From: Chrysomallon squamiferum
Taxonomy: Eukaryota; Animalia; Mollusca
Assembly: GCA_012295275.1 (NCBI GenBank)
Contig: CM022671.1
Span: 1,736,001 to 1,800,000, forward strand
Reading direction: 5' to 3'
DNA length: 64,000 nt
Below the pieces are notes generated by a model. That model ran no database searches. It was not told the DNA's origin and was given only the letters and a program-made list of their open reading frames with translations. This document shows, in pieces, positions 1 through 14,200 of this stretch (the stretch's first letter is position 1; every line of letters starts with the position of its first letter). A program made the position numbers and the translations under genes.

Positions 1-2062
1 TCATTAAAAATATTCATATATCCAAGTTACCTGTACATAAATAATGGTAAGCAACTTGTCCAAATACAAGAGTAATTACTTTTCATCTGTAAAAAACATC
101 ACTGGGTAGGATCCTGGCTACAAAATGCCAGTACAACAATTTGGTGAAAAGTTTTGGATTTATTTTTTTCTTTCTTTCTGAGATCAGAAAACATCTTTCA
201 GTTAACCTGACTGTCCAAACAATGGCTAAAAAATATTTGATCTAGATATGAATAACAGATTACTTGCTAAAAGTGTTTAATATTAGTTACAAAAAATTCT
301 GAAAGGTCAGCATGTAACTGCACCTGTACATCATTTTATAGTTAAATGAATGTTGTTACGTAACCTTTTCTTTAAAACAAATTAATAAATAATAATAAAT
401 AATAATAATAATAATTAAAACCCATTAAAACACCAATTATAAATACAATTAATGCTGCCCAATATTATAAGTTTCACAAGCTGATAAATACTATCTACTG
501 TTTATTTATTTATTTTTTTAATATATTTTCATTTCATAGATGCACTGAATTTAAACCCTTTAAAAACAACTGTACTTTTATTAGCTAAAGATAGTTTTTT
601 ATGTTTCACATCTTAACTTCTATGATAGCCAAAACCTGATATTTGTGTTATCCTAAGAACCTATTTAGAACAATATACTGTTCCATTATTCTACCTTTTC
701 TACCTTATCAAATACCTGCTGCTAAGTAATTTTCAAATGTATAATTAACATCCAGATTATTACATTCTTATTTTGTAATTTATCTTTTATTTTTAAAATT
801 TCACATATTCCTTTTATATAAACCTTGTTATCTTGTTCTGAATAAAACACTGACAATATTAGTATTTATAGATGAGGTTCGGTTACAACATAAACCATTA
901 ATGCTTTTCATTTCTCTTCTAGAAACATATTAAGAGCTCAACCTGCTAAAATCAATTTTACAGTGTTGATTTATGCTAGCAGATACATATTATATGGAAT
1001 ACAAGAAATATCATTAAAATACAGAATTCCAGAATATTTTGTCACCTAGCTATTAAACATACATCACATATTTATCCTTAAAATAAACATTTGTTATTCA
1101 GTTTATTTATTTTTATGCATCATGATTGATAACCATCTACAAATTTAATTTCTATTTTAAACAATGTCACTAAATGCACCAACAATTTCCAAAACACAAT
1201 TAAAACAATTTAGCTAATTGCAGAGTAACATTATTAATAAAACGCTCTTGTGGTTAGTTTTGTAATTAGTGCTCATTATTATTTTTATTTGTTTTTTTAA
1301 AAGAAAGAAATCAAGGCTTATGATGATTATGATAAAAGAAATGTAACACAGCTGGAATAATCATGGTTTTTAGCTTTTAATAAAAGATATGTCACAAAAT
1401 ACAGAGAAAAGGTGTGTGGGGCAGATTTTCAAGACTTCATTTTCATGTCAAGTTGGATGCAAATTATTTGTGTTAGTTAAGATATGTTTTATTTGAATAA
1501 ATTTTAAATTATTTAGCAAAATCAGAAAAGTAAATGTTCAAACTTCCAGTATCTTCTACAAGAAATGCAGGTATTTTTATTAGCTTAGAGTTCCTTTTTA
1601 TTTGTTTAAAAAAAAAAATAATAATATTAAATTTGTTTAAATTGTTAAGTAAAAAAAGGCAATGTGTATGATCTTATTTCCATCATGTTTTAAAAAATGT
1701 TATAAAAAGAATTAAAATTTGCCTTTGTACAAACATTGGTGAGATTCTAAATAATGGGAAATGTTGTTAAAATCTGTCATGTAAAGTTCTGATTTTAAGA
1801 AAAAAAAGTTTCTGACATGAGAAGATTCAAGCCTGAAAACAGTATTAATAATAAAAATAAATAAATAAATGATAAATACAAAATATGTTTTTTGAAATAG
1901 CTCACCACCCACCCTTCTAGTAAAAACAAAATATTTACCTCATTTCTGGGCGAGGAAAAAAAAAAAAATCTATTGTCAACAAAGAATAGTTCTGAATTCA
2001 GTTTCCATTCAAACAATTAAAGCTGCCAGTAAGTTGCTTCCCTTTCAACATTGTCATAAATA

Positions 2063-2103
<41 letters not shown>

Positions 2104-2144
2104 CAGTCTTAACGTCCAGCATGTATTACTGTTCGTATATCACA
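1..2144 (-). other. MED13: Probable MED13 3' UTR / downstream region
   Basis: AT-rich non-coding sequence after the stop codon with many AATAAA hexamers; the cleavage site cannot be fixed from sequence. Confidence 0.5.
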
Positions 2145-2277
2145 TCACACAAAAGCATTCAATGCATGGTACATTTGCATGAGGACAACCACGTGAACTG
2201 GAAGGCAAGATCGACGATCGTTCATGGCTGGATCGAATGTCAGCCACGAAAGGGCATTGTAGTGTTCAAGAACAAAC
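2145..2277 (-). CDS. MED13: MED13 terminal exon 28 ([12 protein letters not shown]...RRSCLPVH...stop)
   Basis: CAG acceptor; TGA stop at 2145-2147. Confidence 0.95.
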
Positions 2278-5200
2278 CTGAGAGGAAAAAATAATAGCTT
2301 GATATATATATTAAATGTGTCATGTATATAAACTAATAAAGTGCAACACAAACTAGATACTTTATTACATATCATTATATTTATATATATATATATAGGA
2401 AATTAATTTATTTCCTTTACATATTCAAATATTGACATTTTACTAACATGCTAAGTCAGCTATAGAGTTAGTGAACACAGATCTGACAATTTAAAACCTT
2501 CCTCTGTCTGTCTGTCTCTTATCTCTTGCTTGCATTATTGCACATACATCTGCAGCCAATACTTTTTTTTTTAAAGAGAAATACATAGTTCTTACCTGAG
2601 TACTTCACATGTCAGGTGGGAATCAAGGGCGTGGCTATTGCGGCCCTGGTTATGGGGGAGGAATTCATCTATGCTTGATGAGGTATGAATGTGAAGTGCA
2701 GACTGAAACAGGAATACAAGTTAGATTTTCATTTATTTTAAGTATTAAATATCTGATAAAGAATGTTAACTACAATATTCTCTCTGAAGTCAAAGTACTA
2801 AGTGTTAATGAGATTATTAGAGAGCAATATGAATTTTAGACAAAACCTAAGCACAGAAGCTCATTGTATAATAATTAATGACTGTCTGAAAAAATAAGTC
2901 ACTCAGGAAATGAATAAATACTGTTTATTAATAAGTCAACACATTTTTAAATATCAGCTGTGTTATTCTAATTTTTTTGCTTCTTTTTTAAAATAATATT
3001 CTACATGAACCACTCTTTCCAGCAAGCAGCAACAAATCTTTACAGACTGGAATTCAACACATTAGTGAAGTACCTCTGGCTGGAACTGGAAAGATTTATT
3101 ATGCTACAAAAGAAAGGATATTTCTTACCTTGAAAACGCTAGGACACATGTGTTCCCTTTCTGGACATGATGACCAAAACCACTTGGGCAGTGGTCCTAG
3201 ACGTGCTGTGGACACGTAATATCCCATCGCAAGTGGCTGCTGCATCAGTTTGACATCATTCTGAGGATCGTTCATTGCACTTCCACCCATCTGCAGAAGT
3301 AAAGTGAAGTCACAATTATTATAATAACAATGCTGGGCAAATTTTTGTAAAAATAAATTAAAGATTATGATGATTGCTCGTTTCTTTTTACTCTTTTTTT
3401 TATTTTTATTTTTTTTATAGATTCTCCCACCACTTTTATATTCGTAACAGTACATCAAATCTTTGCTCGTCAGAAAGTTATCATTAAGTAAAAAAAAAAA
3501 ACCAATATATAACAAAGCAATATATAATAAACAAAAACATACAGCTGATTGTCCATTTGATTTCGACGAGTTCTGGAGTGACCGGTCATAATTCAGAGGT
3601 GACATTGGGGGAGAATTTCCTCCAGGAGGTGATGTATTGAATGCATCATCAAAGACAAGATCACTTAAAAAGTCTATGCCATGGTCCATCTGGCCAAGTT
3701 CATCATTTCCAATGCCATTCAGCATGTCATCCAACTCAAGATGACTGTTGCCAAGATCTAACTGAGTTTCAGGGTTCAAGGGATGACTGTTGGCCTGAAA
3801 AACAGATATACGTTTCATTAATAATCACTATGAAAGTACTCTACGTTATTTCAATTAATAAAAATGAACATACATAATAATAAAAGTTTAAGACCAATAT
3901 CAAAACAGTTTAACATTATATAAAATTATTTTAATAAAGACATTCAAAAGAATATTTAAATATTTTAGAAGCTATTTATTTTACTTTAAAAAAATAAATG
4001 CAGATTTTGTCATTTATTCCTGTGGGCAATATATAGATATATTAATAAATGTTTATTTTTGTCTTATAAAACATCAACGTAATTTACTTAAGTACAGCAT
4101 TTCTAACTGATTCTACCTAGTACCTAACGTGTTACTACCAGAGATTTGTTACCTGAGCCGTGGCCGATGTAGGAAACACAAGGATATGACTAGCGGAGGC
4201 ATCACGAGGTGTTTGAAGAGGACAGTTGCTGCTGGGTTTCTCCTCTGGTTTGTACACGTCAGCCATCACCATCAGGCTGGAGTGAGGCTCCATGGACACA
4301 AGACAAGCACTGAGAATGCATGGAACATCGTTATTGCCAAATTTACACTGACTGCATTTTTCTTTGATGCTATTGCTCGTATTCAACAAGTTCTTTTTAC
4401 TCAACAGTCCAGACCAAGCTTTCAGTTCACCATGGCCTAATCGCCCAAACCGACCAATCACAAGCCTGGCAGGCATTGTCGACATTGAGACAATTCCAAC
4501 TATGTAGTCCCACAACTTCTGTAAGCCAATCTTTCTGGCTGAAGCCTTTTTTCTTCGACTCCTGAAAGAAAATTAATTTTTAAGAGATGAATTACACATT
4601 GTTTTTAAGCATCTATAATAAATTATTCTGCAATCATAAGACAGAAAAGTTTTTTTTTAAATTATCAATTAAACATTTATATTTATAAAAACAAAGTCTG
4701 GTTTATGCATCTTTAGTTTACAAACAAATTTAAGGTTATGTAATTTCAGGTTTCTCAAATAAAAAAACTAACAAACTTTACATTTAAAGCTATTTTTACC
4801 TGTTTGGAATCTCTATGTTGATGATGCATGTCTCTAACATCTCGCCACTCGTGTCAATGAACGCTGCAAGCAGCCAGCGCTGATCCTCTGACAAGCAGTA
4901 GTTACAGAACAACACCTGAGTCTTCTCTGTCTTCTCACTGCAGAACTCCGCTAGCTGTGCCTGCTTGTCTTTCAGTGGAGCCAGAATGAACGGAGGACTG
5001 TACAGTTTGACAAAGCCAGCACTATCAGCCTGGAAGTGGAAAAATATAATATAATGTGAATTGCTATTTGGAGAACAAATATCATCTGTCTAGATACAAC
5101 TGTTAGAAAAAATAATCTTAAAGATCCACGTCATTTAATACATTTTTGAATTTCCAGCACTGTTAACCAGATTTAAAAACAAAAGTAACATTAATAATTA

Positions 5201-8200
5201 TTGTAATACATTTTAACAAAACCAATAATATTTATTAAAGAAAAAAGGTTTATTACTGGCTTTTAAAATGATCTCTTTGATAAATGTTTTAAAATAAGAT
5301 GAATCTACAAGAAATGTAAGTATAACTACTGAACAGACCTGTTTTTTCTTGAGAAACATTTCCGCCTCAGCTGCAGGTCCGAACCCAGTGAGCGACCGGC
5401 CCATGATTGTGTGAGTGAGATTCCACCTGCACGTCGTGAACACAGAGAACGCCACAGACTTCAGCGTCTGGAACTGTGTGCTGCTCTCCTTGTGATTCAG
5501 AATCGTCTTCAAAGGCACCACCTGCAAATTAATTTATTACATTATCAGTTGTAAGTTTAAGCTGAACATTCATTATCAGATTTTAATTCCTGTAACTTTG
5601 ATATCTTTTTTTTTAAAACAGGCAAAATTTCATTTTTTTTTTTTTTTTTTTTTTTTAAACTAGATATACACGTCTTATTCTAAGTATTATTATAGAGCAT
5701 TTTGAATGACATTAGGTTATAATTTTAAAACGCTGTACCTGTAAAAACATATTGTTCTGATGATGTTCTGGAAGATGGTGAATCATCTGCTGGTAACAAC
5801 GGCAGAGTCCAATCATTGCCAGCCGACTGAGCTCGTCCCACTCCTGGTTGTAGGTGAAAGGGTCAATCAGGTACACAACAATGGCAGGACATTCGTTGCT
5901 GTCATCATTGTCCAAGTCATGGGAGGCTCCATCCTTGCCAGCACCAGTGCCATCAGGTGGAGTACCATCTAGTTACAAAGAATTCACATTACAGGAATTT
6001 ACTCAAATACACTGAGAGAAGGCAAGCAATATAAATAGGTGAGGAGAAAAAACAGACACTGACACTGAAAGTGACAATACAATACACATATAACATATGT
6101 AAAACATCTGCATACTTTTTCATCCGAACAAGGATTTTTAAAAATTTCTAAATTATAAACAGAACAAAGATATTACTATTACAATTATCTGAAGTATACA
6201 GGAAGCAACACAAAAAACAGGTAGAGATATTAAATAGGGAGCTCCAAAATGGTAATACAAGCTGCTTACATACAATTTAATTTTCAACTCTTTCAATGCA
6301 TAATTAAAACTAGCTCCCAGTAAAATCAACAATACTAGTAATTGCAATGCTGTCCCACAGATAGCAGTGAATACTGGTCTGATGTGATATTCAGGAGTCT
6401 CTGGGAGGGGTTCTACTTCTTGCAGCATACCCTCTTTACACAGTTAACATAATATAATTAAGAGTGAATACATCTGCTTATCAAAACGAAAGTGTTAACG
6501 AAATATTGTTACGAAACATGCACACTATTGTTATTTTCTCTATTCAAAACTATGACACTTAAGCATTTTATATCATCTTGCTAAATCTGAGTTTGCCTTT
6601 TACTAATTTACAGCATGACAGTTTACAAAATTCAAAGAAAGCCTACTTTTGTTGTCATCACCACCCATAGCACTAGAGTTGTCAGGTGTGGCTGGTTTGG
6701 CTGGTTCTGGAGTCTTGAAGGGCATCTTCTGTTGAGGTGATTCAAACAATGTCTTGTCCAAAGTCAGTCTAGCCAGAAATGGACCTGAAGTAAAAAAATC
6801 AGAGTTAAGCAAGTTTTCCAGTGCAAATGTTAAACAAGCAAAAGAATTATTAAAATTAAATCTACGTTGATACCCACTACCATCCTGTTGTAACTAGATA
6901 CCAATTTTCATTAACCATATGGTATAGTGATTAAAATATAATCATATAAAATTACATTTCACAGAATACGTTACAAGTGATGCGATATTAAAGAAGATTA
7001 CAATCTGTTAAACAGCTTATATATTTAAATAATATGCCACGTGACTTCACTTACCCAGTCTGTATCGACAAACTTGAGCATACAACTTGAGTTTAGCTGC
7101 AAACGGTGATTCCCCTGGGAAAAAATTAAAAACATTAACATTATCAAATGATCCAGTTTAAAAAAATAATTAAAAATTAAATAAATTAAATTTAAACAGA
7201 ATACATCACATAAAAGTATTAAAAAACAAATTAAATTAAAAAAAAAGGTACTATGTATAAAAAATAGTTTTGATATAGTAATATTTAAAAAAATAATAAT
7301 AAATGAATAATAAACAAAATAAGATTAAAAACAAACAGTTTAAACAAGTCCTCCTTTGTGCTTTTAATGATCAACAATAAAAAAAAAGAATAAAAAAGAA
7401 TAAACTAATAAAAACCTAGTAAAGTCTATCTTTAAGAACAATTAATTACAAAAATATATGGACAACAATATTGACAACAAAAGAAAGTAAACTACAAAGA
7501 AATATTTACCTATCTGTTTAAACCAGTCATCAACCTGCTCAACAGCAACTCTCTGCTCTGCACTTTTCCCGACTCTCATGATTCCATCACACCACAGTTT
7601 AGAAATTGGACAGTGCCTTCCAAGTCGACACAGTTCATACACAGTACTCAACTCCTTGAAAAAGCTTATCACATTGGAGAGAATGAAATCATTGTCAGGT
7701 GCTACCACCACATATGCTACATCTCGTTGTCGACCAAATGGCTCCAAGAACTGTTTGTCCTGAGAATAAATTATTCGTATGTGATATAATGAGAAAGAAG
7801 TATTTTCTCATTCAGTAGCTATTTCATAATTAAATAAATGTAGATTAGTATGAATCTGATCTAACCTCACAAGTGCTAATTTCAACTGTTTAGATAAGAT
7901 TTAAGGGGACTGACAATGCTGGTCCAACAACAACAAATTTAATGCAGATATAAAACCTATGTTATGCAGTTTCTACAGTATGTTGGAATAAAATGTTATT
8001 TTATACAGATATGTGCACATACGAACATGCGTAATTAAAATATGAATCAAAAGATGTTTAATAAAATGAAGCAAAGGAAATGTGTAAATGTGCTGATGGG
8101 AGTAAAACCTGACTTACCCAGTATCTGATGGTGTATGGAGAAACTGACAACCAGTCCCTGTCATGTCCAACCAGGAAGTGTGGGATAGGCTGAGGCTCAC

Positions 8201-11200
8201 AATTCTGATCAGAACCTGCAAGAAAAATAACAGAAGATGAGTTCAATGATCTATTTGTCTCTAGAAGTCAGTCAGTTATTAGAGAATTATTTATCATGAT
8301 TAAAAAAGAAAAGATGAATGCTTTGTTCCTTTCACACAAACACTGCTACTGACCTCGTCCAGCAAGCTGGTGGAAGTCTTTCCAGCTGAGAGGTCCTTGC
8401 ACTTTGTAACTGTGTTCCCACAAGCGCATCACTCTGGTGTTTTGAATCGTGTCCTGCAGTAGAGGATTCAGAGACTTCAGGCGCTGGAGAATGTCCTGAG
8501 AATTCACTGGAATACAGCTCGGTCCATGCAGGAACGGCCATTTGTGCAGGCAGTTGTATTTCATAGACAGGTCATCCAACTTGCCGGAAGAACAGTGCTC
8601 CATTGCCTGTCGAGCCTGATCAAGTGCATGGTATGTTGCTTCGCTGCCATCTGTTAGAAGGACAAACAGTGATGTTAACACCAAGAAACCCTTCAGGTAA
8701 AGGCAGACTAATATAGCATATGATCAAAATCAGTAGTAACATGAGAGAAAATTTATATACACACATATGCATACATTCATGACAATTATAAAAAGAAGTT
8801 GGAAAATATAAATCATCCTTGGGTTATTTACAATAATCTAAAATTATAGGGAAATAATTAAACAGTCATCCTGTAGTCAGTATTTGTATTATCAGAAAAA
8901 CAGTATACTAAGAAAGGTAATCCATTAGTTTTATGTTTTCAGATATAGAATGCAACTATCTATTCTATGTATGTAAAAAAAATTAAAAAATATATATATA
9001 TATAATTTCTTTATTATTAACCAGTCATAAGTGACACAGCAATTATTTACTGAATATTTAATTTCCTTTCTTCTCTGTTGTATTTATTTATCACTTTTAT
9101 TTATTAACATTCAACAAACAGAAAAGGGTATTAAAAGAATGTAAACACTGTTACTTGAAATGTTGCCACATGAATCCCAATAAGTATATACAGTAATACT
9201 GGTTAATTTAATTAGTTTTGTTGCAGAATAATAACAAAATATTGTTTGTTTTACCTTGCAGTTGCAGCAAGTTGATCATGCTACCTGTAAACTGAGTAGC
9301 TGCTGCCATGTTGAGTAATGACAGCCGATTGTCAATAATTGGAGATGGGTACGGCACTGTGAACTGTCCCAATAACAGTTCCAAAATAATCTGAGGTATA
9401 TCCACTGGAGGATGGTCTTTTGAACCGCCATCCTCCTTTTCAAAGTCTGTAGCTATCAAACTGGGTTTTCTCTGATCATACCGAGAATCACGGATTCCTG
9501 TAATGTCCACCTCATCCTCATAGAACAGACCCGAATTGTAACCGTATTTGCGATTGATCGCAGCACTGAACCCGCAAGTGCACCGATCAGCCCAATCAGA
9601 GGATCCACCCTGATCAGGAAAGTAGAGTGCAAAATCAGCTCCCTTAATGTCTGGATTGCCATGGCACACACAAATATTGCAACTGTCAAATGTTTGGTCC
9701 TTGAAAAGATTAAGAATTGAATCAGAGAGTAGCACGTTCACAATAAGGCTGTGCACCTCAGGAATCTGGTTGTTTGTTCCATGATTGTCAATGGAGTTGA
9801 GGGTTTTGTTCAGATATGAGGAAGCGTTGGATGCAGGTGACTGCAGTTCGTAACTGAGAGGGGTTCGTGGAGTTCTTGGCGTTCTCTGCTGACTGGAATT
9901 GTTGAAGGTTGCTGGAGAATTCTCGATTAAGCTCCCTGTCATGCGGGATGTGAGGCTTGGTATGTTGTCAACAGACATTGGGTTCAGGTATTGGCTGAAT
10001 ACATAAACAAAATTTATGACATTTTGGAAAAAAGATCCAAAGAAAAGTACTTTACTAAGAATTAATTAAATTTTAAAATAAATACCTGAAGATCAATAAT
10101 GACTCTTTATTTATTTAACTTAAAACTAGATAACTAATCAAACTAATATTATAAAATACAAAAGATTCTAAAAAGTAGTGAAATATCTTTTGAAATAACT
10201 AATCCAGACTTGTTCCATCAGCTGATTTTAATTTTGATCTGGTGACATTTACAAATAATGTGATGCTAAACTCCATTATCAGAACAATTAAAAAGATATT
10301 CAGAAAGCAGCTTACCTTGAATGAGGATGTGGTTTTTCCATGATGGGCATGGGGAATTCCCAGGATGGTTTGTATTCTGGTAGAGGAGGTATCGGAGACA
10401 GCTGGCTGCTAGGCAACTCGACCGGCGAGTATTTTGCAGCACCAACAAACTTAGCAAACTTTGGAGGCTTATTTACATCCTGCTGTGAATAAAAACAAGA
10501 ATTAATTTATCTTAAAAAGATTTTTGTTTATTCAGATGTGCTTGGAAAGTTATTAAATATATTATTGTGATGTATTTAATAAAATCTTTAATGTCATTAT
10601 GATATTTTGCCAAAATATTATTAAGGTATCCATTTACATGCCTGTGGTAGTGCTGTATATTTTTTGATTATCCTATAGCACAAATCCTGAACACATTAAC
10701 CACAAAATATAAACACCGTCTAGATAATAAAAACTACAGTAAAAAATAGTATTGTTTGTGAATTCATTTTTTTTTTTTTTAAATTATTATTTGTTTTGGG
10801 ATGGGGATTTTTTTACCCCTTCATTTGGCAGTTTGTGGTTTACACTGGTCAACAAAAATTTAGTACAAATTAATTAATCGTCATAAAACATTTTAGCAGG
10901 TTGTTATGTTTATAAAGTTACACCATTACCTCACAAATCTGCCTAATATCATCTGTATGAACCAGCTGATAAATATCAACTTTGTAACACTGATCATCAG
11001 TTGTAATATCTGTGATCATCTCTGGTGAGGATTCCTTGTTGTTTTCTAGTGAAGGAGGGGTTGGGAACATTCTGGCAAGTTCTGATGGGCCTAAAAATTA
11101 ATAAATCAGAACATTCAAATCTCTGCAAGTCTTCAATACAACAAAAAACATTCTAAAATGACAAATATTTTACTCATTCCTTTCTAACTTTCTTTATAAC

Positions 11201-14200
11201 CTGATAATAATATTACAAACTTAAAAATGTGTAGAATTATTTTAAAATGGAATACCAGTAACATTTTAATTCCTTTTTTTTTCTTCTTAAATTGTCAAAA
11301 TGTTTTAAAATAATGTGTCACTTACCAATGATACCAACTTTTGGACATTTCAGTTCATCAGTGGTCTTACTTCCAGATAAGCCTGAATCTGTGCCCTGAA
11401 ATAAAATATATGTTCTTGTTAACACCATAATTTCCTATTATTATAACTGTTATTATGAAGTTAAACCCAGATTTGCTAATATTTCACATGAATTATTTAA
11501 CCTGGTTCAGGAAAAAAACTAAACAGCTCATTAATGTCTCTGTTTGCCAGTGATATGTCAGAATGATACTTTTGGAATAGCAAATCACGATTTTCAAAAA
11601 ACTAAATAACTGAAGATGAATTTTGTGACATTTTATAAAGATTTCTATGATTCAGTTTCAGGAAAGTTAATATAATTAGGCAGTTATTCATAAAAAATAA
11701 AACTTGTCTTACATATATATATATATATATATATATAAATACCAAATATATTTATTCCAGATTGGGGTTTCTCAAATTAAGAATAGCAAATAACTTAGTA
11801 AAACAACATTAAACATCAAATACAATTTATATTCAATACATTAAACATTTAATTAAAAAAGATAGATAATAAAGTCATTACAAGTACTTACCCCACCCTC
11901 ATCACTATCATCACCAGATGATTCAAACATGTGATCGAGATCAGATTCTTGTGGTACCAGATCCTTCTCGTATTTCATACTGACAAGTGCTGATGGAGAA
12001 CCAAGGGGCAATATATCTGTCATAATAAATAAATAAATAAATAAATAAACAAACATACACACAGACTGACAAATAAATAGCTTAGTCATTACTTTACAAC
12101 AAGTATATGATGATGAAAAACCAGTGGCTTCTTATCTGATGTAATAAAATTAATGAACAAAGAGGCCAGATGTCTGTTATGAAGCTATCAGATTTATAAA
12201 AGGATAATGTTATTTTTTGAAGGAAAAAAAAAATGGACAGATGAAGAGACAAGTTAGAAATAAATAAGCCTATCGTACATTTTAATTTACTTTTAAAAAT
12301 ATTAAGAAAACCTGAAATTAAAAACTAATAAAACTAGTTAGCTCTGAAGAACTACCATAATTATTATCCATTTCTTTAGCATAAAATAACATCAAAAATA
12401 AACAAACAAACAAATAAATCAATGATATAAAATAAAATAAAAAAGGTAAAAACAATTTACCATTGACTTTTTCATCTTTGGAATCTCCTAGTCTTGATGA
12501 ATCCTTGAGGTCTTCATCCTGAAAGAATAAATAAATAGAAATATTAAAAAATAAATTATTTAACAAAATAAACTGTCAAAAACAAAGCAAAAAAAAGCAC
12601 ATAAGCACATACAGGCAAATTAAAATGAATATGTGAATGAGTTTTCAGTTCATAAACAGTACACATCACTGTTTGTTTTGTCAAATAGCACACAAGCAGG
12701 AAAATGTTTCTAACTTTGGATTTCAAATATTTCATACTTCTGCAATTTACTCTTCAGTGAGAAATAGCAGAATTGTTCTTTTATTATCAACATGTTTATA
12801 AATACATGCTTTACCAGACACAACAATAACTATCACTGATGAACTAGTTTCTGGTACAACTACTACATGAAGTATGCATTCTAGTTTGGGTTAATCTTAA
12901 CCTTTCCTACAACCACCATTGAATTTTCATATGTGGATTAAATTAGGCATTTCAAAACTGACAGTTTTCACCATTTTATAACTTCCAGATTTTTGTGTTA
13001 CATACAACAAACTCTTCTTCATTCTGTTTCCACAGATGTGGCTGCAAAATTTTATCTATACAATGGTTTTTTTTTGTTTTTTGTTTACAGTTGACTGATT
13101 CTGCAGTGTTTCCATCCTGAATAAACATGATAAATCTGACCTGTTTGAGCAAGCTGATGAAACTTGGCTGCTTAAACTGTTATTATTAACAGATCTATAA
13201 CAGTATTTTAGTTTTGTTGTATTGTAATTGTTGTTTTCCATAATAATCATCATTACTGGTTTTGCAGTTTATAAAGTATGTTCTACTAAAGGTAGATTTG
13301 TTTAAAGCAGACTAATAAGGATATGGTCATGGACATACATACACTGAGACACACATGTATGCACACACATGCACACACATGCACACACACACACACACAC
13401 ACACACACAATATTAAATTAATCATGTTAATTTCACTCTTTACATTAAAAGATTTAGAGATTAATTAAAAAAAAAATCAATTAAAAAAAATGGTGAGATT
13501 AATTTTAATGTAATAAAAATAAATAAACTACACAAACTGTTAATTTTTACCAGTCTGTCAAAAAGGTAATGTAAATACTAATTAATTTATTCATTTAAAC
13601 ATGTTTCATTAAATGGTTCATAAGTCTGGTTTCTTAATCATGTAATCTGATAGTTATAACTGTCTTGTGCATCTACTATTAATCAACCATGAATAAACAC
13701 TAAACCACATTTTATACAGTTTAGGGTGTTGCAACAGCAATGTTTATATGTAATTAGTAACTCTTTCTATCTAGATGCTACAGAACCAACTGTTCTCATG
13801 TAAATAGTACTTCAGTGTTAGCTGAAATAATAGTTTTTTCATTCATTTTCAACAGATATATGCATCTGTATCATCATAAACACACAAATGTATACAAATT
13901 CCTCATCTCGTAATTTGTAAAATAAATTCAACTAATAGTTTTCTTCCCTTGTAAAAAAACCATATCTGCTTTAAATTTAATAACATACGTAGTGTTTACA
14001 TTTTGAACTGACTAAGTATGAATTTGTTGACGAAGAGAATGCAGAAGTAATTGGCAAATGATTAGTTGTAACATTCTGATGTAAGATTTATGTGCATGCA
14101 CTAACAATTTTTCATTAAAATATAAAATTAAATTAAATAAAGGATTTTCACCAATGTTCATTATGCAAGTTTACTCCATTACTCTCACTATTTTCTTTAA

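Noticed and set aside
3099-3818. 239-aa ORF reading through MED13 intron 25
   Set aside because: The intron lacks an in-frame stop by chance; its translation is low-complexity and canonical splice sites flank it
3641-7763. Plus-strand ORFs at 3641, 4129, 5760 and 7578
   Set aside because: Antisense shadows of MED13 exons
12107-12195. ATGATGA/CTGA motifs resembling a snoRNA
   Set aside because: On the strand opposite the host gene and lacking a terminal D box and stem
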